DNA of 58,586 nucleotides, filler included, from Squatina squatina (lineage: Eukaryota): the NCBI GenBank assembly GCA_031763465.1. It is 4 parts of 4 records of this genome, joined end to end, with 100 filler letters (N's around TTAATTAATTAA, not from the genome) between each part and the next. Parts side by side here need not be neighbours in the genome. Positions count along the whole stretch, not along the records: positions 45,236 to 58,586 come from JARFOE010000036.1; 3 more parts are not named here. The stretch is one strand, 5' to 3'. Below are positions 51,959 through 58,586 of this stretch, in pieces (position 1 is the stretch's first letter; each line of letters starts with the position of its first letter). The position numbers were made by a program, and so were the translations under genes. Below the pieces are notes generated by a model. The model ran no database searches and was not told where the DNA came from. It saw only the letters and a list, made by a program, of their open reading frames with translations.

Positions 51959-52452
51959 TGATGTATTGTTGTTGTTGCTAACTAGACGAAACAGTTTTAA
52001 GTGGAATGCTGTATAAATATCTGGGTGTGGTTCAGAGCTGATTCAGGAGACTGAACGTCAAACCTTTGTAAAAGTAAAAGAGTATGAAACCAATTGTCAG
52101 GATATAAGTGTTGAGCTTTTAGGAGACTACAGATAAATGGGGTGAGGACCATTGTCCAATCAAATAGTTTCATACCTAATATGCAAAAGCGTGCGAACCC
52201 AAAAGCGTATAAAAAAAAGAGATCACAAGACATCTTTGGCGGGCATGCATAGAGCAAAATAAACAAAAGGAAGACAGAAGACTGCAGCCCAAAGAAACTT
52301 GGAAGCAAAGAGCCGGAGCGAAGCCTCGCTGCATAATTATTGCCTTTGATAAGCGTTGTTTTTGTTTATCTTAATGGTACATAACAATTACTCTGACTGA
52401 ATTTGAATTGCATGAGTCTGTACCTTGCAGATCTATATTGGTCAAGAACCCA
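51959..52452 (+). mobile_element. Putative 5' LTR
   Basis: CCAAT at 52156, octamer-like ATGCAAAA at 52181, TATAAA at 52208 and AATAAA at 52258. Ends in CA directly before a TGG-initiated PBS-like sequence (tggtgagatgcgttggg, 52453). The 5' boundary is a guess and no second LTR is available to confirm it. Confidence 0.45.
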
Positions 52453-54336
52453 TGGTGAGATGCGTTGGGAGTCCACTGCCTCATATAACTTATCAAAGCT
52501 GGTATAAAAAGGTGTATTCTTTCAGAGTGATGACTTATAAAAGGAGACCCAGATCGGACATATTAACAAATTTTTTGACTGATTAAAACCGGATTTTTGT
52601 CTTATGTTGAGAAAGAAACTTTCAGCCTCCTGCCTGGCTAGTGGGTTGTTTGGGATGATATAGCTGAGAGGAGAATTTTCGGGGAGTGGGTAGCCCCAAG
52701 ATAGCCCCCATAAGTGTCTTCTCTTTTGCGAACAAAATGGCACATGAGACACCATTAATTTTGCTTCGAGAGAAGGTTAATAATTCATGTGATAACAGGG
52801 AGGTGCAGGTTCTTTTGTCGGACTGTGTGAGTCAGCTGCAATATGTTCCATTGAGGAAGTAGTTGATTTTATTAAGAGGAAGTTGGAGGAAAATACATTT
52901 GAGGTGGGCAAAGTGCTTAAGCTGATGTCCCATGCAATGTTGCATTGTGTGCACATATGTGGTGAATTAGAAGAACCTGTTGGGAACCAGAAATGAAAGA
53001 TAATGGAATGGCAGAATCAATGAACTACTTCATTGGCGATGAGACAGCAGCAAGCAGTGTTGGCAATACAAGCCAGGAGCGCCTTGCACTCTCCTTCTGA
53101 GCTAACATGGAAAAATGGAAAGGCAAGAGTGCAATTGACTGCCGCTTGCTGTGAGCTAAGGGAAGTCGTTCAGCAGCCAAACCAGAAGTCAGACTATAAG
53201 TAACATCGTGGAAAACATTTTAGAACTGCAAAGGAGGATAAAAAGACAGGAGGCAGTAGTGTGTGCTGTTGTTCCTGCCATGGGAGGACCGACCCCAGGT
53301 ATGGTTTGGGGCATCTTGGAGAAGATAGCGGCTTAATACAGGAAGCATGAGGACAATTATGCTCCGGCTCCCACTACGCCACTTCTTTATTCTTTTAATG
53401 TGATAATGACTGCAGAGAGGCATAATCCGCAGGGCCAAATAACGTCAAACTATATTGAATCAAGCGAGTAGGATAATACGGCTTTACTTGCCTGTTGTAA
53501 TGAATTCAGAACCATCAAAGGGGAATGTGCCCAGTGGAGCTCCAGACTCGGTTAAATATTTTCAGACGGTATCATCCAGAACTAGACGATCAGGACCAAA
53601 AGAGAATAGTGCACTCTCCCATGGAAGTGGGAGTGAGGGAAGGGTTTCCTGTGGTAACATTGCAGCCGCAACTACCCTAGACCAGTAAGTGGGCCACATT
53701 CAGGTGCATTTAGGTTTACATGAAAGCGACTAAGGGCAGTAGCTGCACCAGACTAAACAGGACCATCAAGAGTCAACAGCTCAGTTTTTGCAAAGATTGC
53801 ACATTGTCTATACCTTGATTCAACAGAATCCGCATGCCAATCAAGCCAATGGCATGGATGAAGTCCCTGTTAAAAAGCAATTCCTGAGTAATATTCAGCC
53901 AGCCCTACAGTTTGCTTTGGGTCAAACAATCAGCCATACCACCCAATAGACTCAGCTGGTGCAACACGCAGGGAGATCCTGCTCTTCTACTCACACCCAG
54001 TTGTCGAAGCAGATACCCATCCATGTAGTAAAATGAACAAAAGTGGTTCTTCAAGTCCTGGCCCACGTTATAAAAGCATGAAACACGGGCATGTAAGAAG
54101 GGATTGTAAGAGCCCTCACCAGTAACTTTATGTGAGCAATCGAGGTGCAATTGTGACAAGTGGTAAAGCTGGGTTATATCACGAGTCATCTCCTTATTCG
54201 TTTCATTACCCAAATGCACTTGAGGATCGAAAATTCATGCCCCACAACTTGAACAGCACCTCGCTGCGGGCGAGGGTTGATTTGCTGTTAGCGGATTTGT
54301 GTCACCGGAGCTCAGGCTTTGGTGTACTCTGCTAAA
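52453..54336 (+). mobile_element. Decayed LTR retroelement internal region (gag), truncated before pol
   Basis: Capsid MHR-like TKQDHQESTAQFLQRL at ~53752-53799. Degenerate zinc knuckle R-YK-S-MKHG-H-VRRD-C at 54066-54107 has CX2CX4HX4C spacing, and CGT and AGC are each one change from a Cys codon. Many stops and frameshifts. Confidence 0.75.
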
Positions 54337-55512
54337 TCTATTGTTCTCTCTGTTTGTGATGAGGCGCTGCTTTAGACGCTCTTGAGACCATTCGTGATTC
54401 AAATTGAGCTGAAGAAGTTTGTTTTCACTCACGTCTGACAGGAACACCGCAAACTTTCTGGCATAAAGTTTGTCATACTGATCGATGAGATGAAGCAAGA
54501 ATGCAAAGTCATTTCTAAAATCAGGAATATCATCCATCCCAGTCTCAACTCTCAAATTTTCAAATGAATACTCTTTCAATTTATAATATAATATCCAGTG
54601 CAGTGTGTACAAGCAAGTGCAACTGTATAAGACTATTGCAGTTATATATACTAAGGATAACATTCGAAACATTCTCCATAAACCATGAATGCAGAAGAAG
54701 TCAGTGAACCCAGTGATGTGCAGTGCATCAACGCAGTGGATGTTGTTGCACATTTGAGGAATGAAAATGCTGATATAGACAAGAATAACTACGCTTTGCA
54801 CAGTTCGGACAATAGTCTGATTCAAATACATTGTATAGAGAATGTCTCCCTCTTCTGTATGGAGGCGGAATTTCTTCACTTTTTCAAACAAGGACTTAGC
54901 CTGCTCGCCTTCTTTTTTATCCAGAATTTTCACTGAGGAATTGTCTACCATTATTCCACCAGCAGACTTCAGAACTTGCGAGGAGCTTTTAGACAGAAGA
55001 GAAACCTTANNNNNNNNNNNNNNNNNNNNNNNNNNNNNNNNNNNNNNNNNNNNNNNNNNNNNNNNNNNNNNNNNNNNNNNNNNNNNNNNNNNNNNNNNNN
55101 NNNNNNNNNNNNNNNNNNNNNNNNNNNNNNNNNNNNNNNNNNNNNNNNNNNNNNNNNNNNNNNNNNNNNNNNNNNNNNNNNNNNNNNNNNNNNNNNNNNN
55201 NNNNNNAAGGACAGTTATGAAATGCTCTATCTTTGAACTTGTGCCAGGAAATTTGAACCAAAAGTTGCTACTGATTAGAAATATCAGAGAATGCAGAAGG
55301 ACCAGATAAGGGAAATATTTGGAAAACCATATGACTGCATTATCATAGCACCACTGATTAATAAGGTAGTACTGCTGAACATCTAGGCCAGTCTGGAATC
55401 CAGCAGCAAACACATTAAGGTTGAGCCCCTCCAAAACAGAGTGGTTCCACTGACGTTCCTGAATGGAAAGACCCTCTGGCACTGGGATACACAGAATCTG
55501 CTCACTTGATAC
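54337..55512 (-). CDS. lrrc8: Divergent LRRC8 (VRAC subunit) large exon, pannexin-like pore domain; frame runs on 33 aa into gag-antisense sequence to TGA at 54235
   Basis: Acceptor catttcttag|GTA gives VSSEQILCIP, at an intron position like that of LRRC8C/E. Motifs LDVQQY..INQWCY, KYFPYLVLLH, NFWFKFPGTSSKIEHF, LDKKEGEQAKSLFEKVKKFRLH, DIPDFRNDFAFLLHLIDQYD, FLSDVSENKLLQLNLNHEW. Contains a 197-N gap. Confidence 0.93.
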
Positions 55513-56265
55513 CTAAGAAATGACAGATCATATTGAACATTAATTCTTTCGATAGATCTCTCTTGTAGATTTATAACTTTTAAAACAATGAACACGAGAG
55601 CCTTCTGGCTGTGGCTCAGACATGTGGTGTGCCTTGCTGGGAGACCCTAGCGCAAGGCTCCCACTTCTACTGAAGCCTGTATATGAGCCATTGGATCCGG
55701 GTGACCCACACGTGTGCTCTTCAACTGAAGAAGATGCCTGGTCTATTCTTAACAACTATTACACAGTGAAACAATTCAGACACTGCTGGGTGTGAAGCTT
55801 TAGTTGCAGCATCTTAAATAGTTTTGCATCCAGTGCTATCAAAATAGTAGCTGGCCATAGACTGAGAACAGGGAGTTTCCTACAAGTATCTATAGTTCCT
55901 CATATAATGGGAACATTACACTCCCAACAAAAGGAGAACTAGGCACAGAACTAAAAGAATAGCTCTCATTTTTGGAGACCATGACATAATTAGAATAAAA
56001 TCCCTTTGTTTCTTAGCTATCTCTTTAATTTAGAACAAATATCAGGAAAAAATATTTACTCAGAGTGACAAACATTTGTAATAATCTACCAAACAAATAG
56101 ATGCAAAAATATTAGAATCATTTAAAATACAACCAAATACCATGATGGGAGAATTAGTGTACTANNNNNNNNNNNNNNNNNNNNNNNNNNNNNNNNNNNN
56201 NNNNNNNNNNNNNNNNNNNNNNNNNNNNNNNNNNNNNNNNNNNNNNNNNNNNNNNNNNNNNNNNA

Positions 56266-56372
56266 ACTGTTTAACTCCTCAGCCATTTCTTTGTTCCCCA
56301 TAACTACTTCCCCAGCCTCATTCTCTAGAGGGCCTATATTCGCTTTGACCTCCCTCTTCCTTTTCATGTACT
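56266..56372 (-). mobile_element. CR1 ORF2 internal fragment
   Basis: Encodes YMKRKREVKANIGPLENEAGEVVMGNKEMAEELNS. Confidence 0.8.
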
Positions 56373-56929
56373 TGTCAGTTTAAATGGGGCAGTTCCACAC
56401 AGTGATAAGCCACAGTCAGACTGTGAATCTCGATGAGTAATGAACATGATTAATATTCAGATACCAAACAGCATACCTGTGTAAGCAGCTAGTTTGACGA
56501 GCTGCTCATATCAAGTAGAGATGCATGTTACAGCTGCCTTTTCCTTGACTGCCTATTTTTCGGTTAGCAGGGTGTGTAAACCACATGCAATTTATTCACA
56601 TGATTAAATCAGCACTGTGACTCATGCACTTGAGTCATGGTTGTATAATACATTTCCACTTCATTGAACAAGTCCATTAGATTATTGCTTTGTTTGATTT
56701 ATAAATGAGGAAAAGCTTGTTTGGTTGTAACTGTAAACTGTTAACCCTGAAGGGTTTTTAAATGATTGGTGTGCTGGTTGAAGTACTGGTGCTTTTGTTT
56801 AAAACTGATTTTTACAAATGCCCTTCTAAAATGTAACTTGTGCACAATGTCAATTTTAGAATTCTAAAGCAGACAACAATGATTGGGGCATCTTTGTGAA
56901 TATTGAATTATAATGTATTGGGGTTCTGA

Positions 56930-57190
56930 TACTGGTCTAGTAATCCAGAGGGCAAGACTAAATAATCTGGAGAACATGAGTCCAAATCCCACCATGGCAT
57001 TTTGAGGAAAAAAAGTGTCTGCAAATAAAAGCTAGTATTTGGGATCGCGGTGCTGTCAGATTGTCGCAAAGATTCTTTAGGAAAGGAAACCATAATTGGT
57101 CTGGGCTACCTGTGACTCCAGTCTTGCACCATAACGGTTGAAACTTAATTTACCTAAATGGCTTTGCAAGCCACTCGGTTGTATTAAACC
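56930..57190 (+). mobile_element. tRNA-derived SINE (family of 2170-2402)
   Basis: Head ctagtaatccagagg...gagtccaaatcccaccatggca; body shared with 2170-2400. Confidence 0.6.
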
Positions 57191-58586
57191 AAGGGTGACT
57201 CACCATCGTTCACTGTAAGGCTGGCTTTGTGCAGTCTGTTGGAATGTTTTTATTTGTTGTGCGAACTTTCCCCCAACCAGTTGCGTAGGATAATCTTGGA
57301 TCATTGTCGGCGAGTGGAAACCACCGCTGGGCTGAATCAAACCGAAATTCTATTTCTGTGGCAACACTGACTTGTGTGCCGGAAAGTCCTGGCAAAGTTG
57401 CGCTGTGGAGGGAGCGGGGCTGTTGGAGACCTGCGACCTGGCACCTGTCCGGTTGCTGGCTGTTGGTTTTTGTGGGGAAGGGAGAGTTTGAATTTGTGTA
57501 TCAGTGACTGAGAGCTGGAAATGCAGGGACTTGATCCTGACCCGCTGGCAACACCCTAACTGAAAAGAACATGTTTGTTTGAACTGGATGTCGGTGAACG
57601 GGTGCAAAGCAGATGATCCCGATCACTCAAGCAGCTGTATATCTTGGGAGTGTTTTTTTCATTTTTTTAAAATTTCACATCTCTTTTTAGCATTGAATTA
57701 AAATTGAGGCTTTGGTTAATTTCAAATTTTGTTTTTTNNNNNNNNNNAGTGTAACAAGTAGGAAAGTGAACAACAGACACAGCTTTAAATAAATTGTCAA
57801 ACATTGCACCAAGGATACAGACTCTGCATTTGAGAAGTAGGCGCACCCATCTCACTGATATCCTGTTTACTTAAAAGCATTATTAAAACACTCTACATGC
57901 AGCACTTTCATGAGTATTGTACAGTATTATAATTTAGATGGGGGTCCATGATTACTAATCAATTTGAAAAGGGGTCCTTTGGGTTCTGTGTTTACTAATC
58001 TATTTGAAAAGGGGCCCTTCAACCAAATAAAGTTTACGAACCACTGTACTAGTGGATCTACTGTGGCATTGTCAATTTGACTTGATTGGTAGTATACACC
58101 TGAGTCAGAGTCTAAGGATTCAAGCCCCACTTCAGAAGTGGAGGAGTTAATCTTGGCTGTTACAGCATTATTGGAAGTGACGTGTTTCAGTCAAAATATA
58201 AATGGTGGGGATCAGCACTGGGCTGCAATGAGGTCCAGTTTGTAGGTGGGAGCAGGGATCCAGGGTAGAAATACAAAGCTGTAATGAAGAAGTTTGTACT
58301 CCTCGCCAGCTTCTTGCATGTCTGCTTCCCTAGTCTCATAACTGCCTCATGCATTCTCCATTTGTCCTGTCACCTACTCATCCACCCAGTGCCCCATAGC
58401 CTACTTGGTCCCATCTCCCTTCTACACAGCACCATGCCTGTTTCCCCATACCTCGTCACTTCCTTGCATCTCTTCCTGCTCAATTTTCCACCCATGTCTC
58501 TTTTTCCCACCCCATCCCTCCTTGTTCTGCAGGACTTCCACCACTCTTTTTTTTATTTTGCTCGTTTTTCTCCTCTGGACCTTCTC

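Overview
Vertebrate nuclear DNA, most likely from a cartilaginous fish (inferred from the CR1, L2, Deu-type SINE and Harbinger-type repeat mix). It is a fragmented draft assembly: short contigs are joined mostly by exact 100-N spacers, and three spacers carry an artificial TTAATTAATTAA linker. Genes are therefore present only as exon fragments and distances across gaps are unreliable. Recognisable genes, all on the minus strand: a histone H2B pseudogene (7.1-7.5 kb); desmin exons 1 and 6; a strongly divergent alpha-tubulin exon 4 with a probably chimeric GC-rich piece; a conventional alpha-tubulin exon 4; two STK16 exons; and a divergent LRRC8 (VRAC) paralog. The LRRC8 pore domain (54.3-55.5 kb) is cut at the pore/LRR boundary by a decayed LTR-element gag, and its LRR part (46.7-47.3 kb) is cut by a second insertion. 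The rest is transposon debris, two minisatellites (32 bp and 34/38 bp units) and AT-rich stretches dense in homeobox motifs. No CRISPR array, rRNA or true tRNA gene. The best candidate for something new is the split, possibly LRR-less LRRC8, but misassembly or recent pseudogenisation cannot be excluded from sequence alone.
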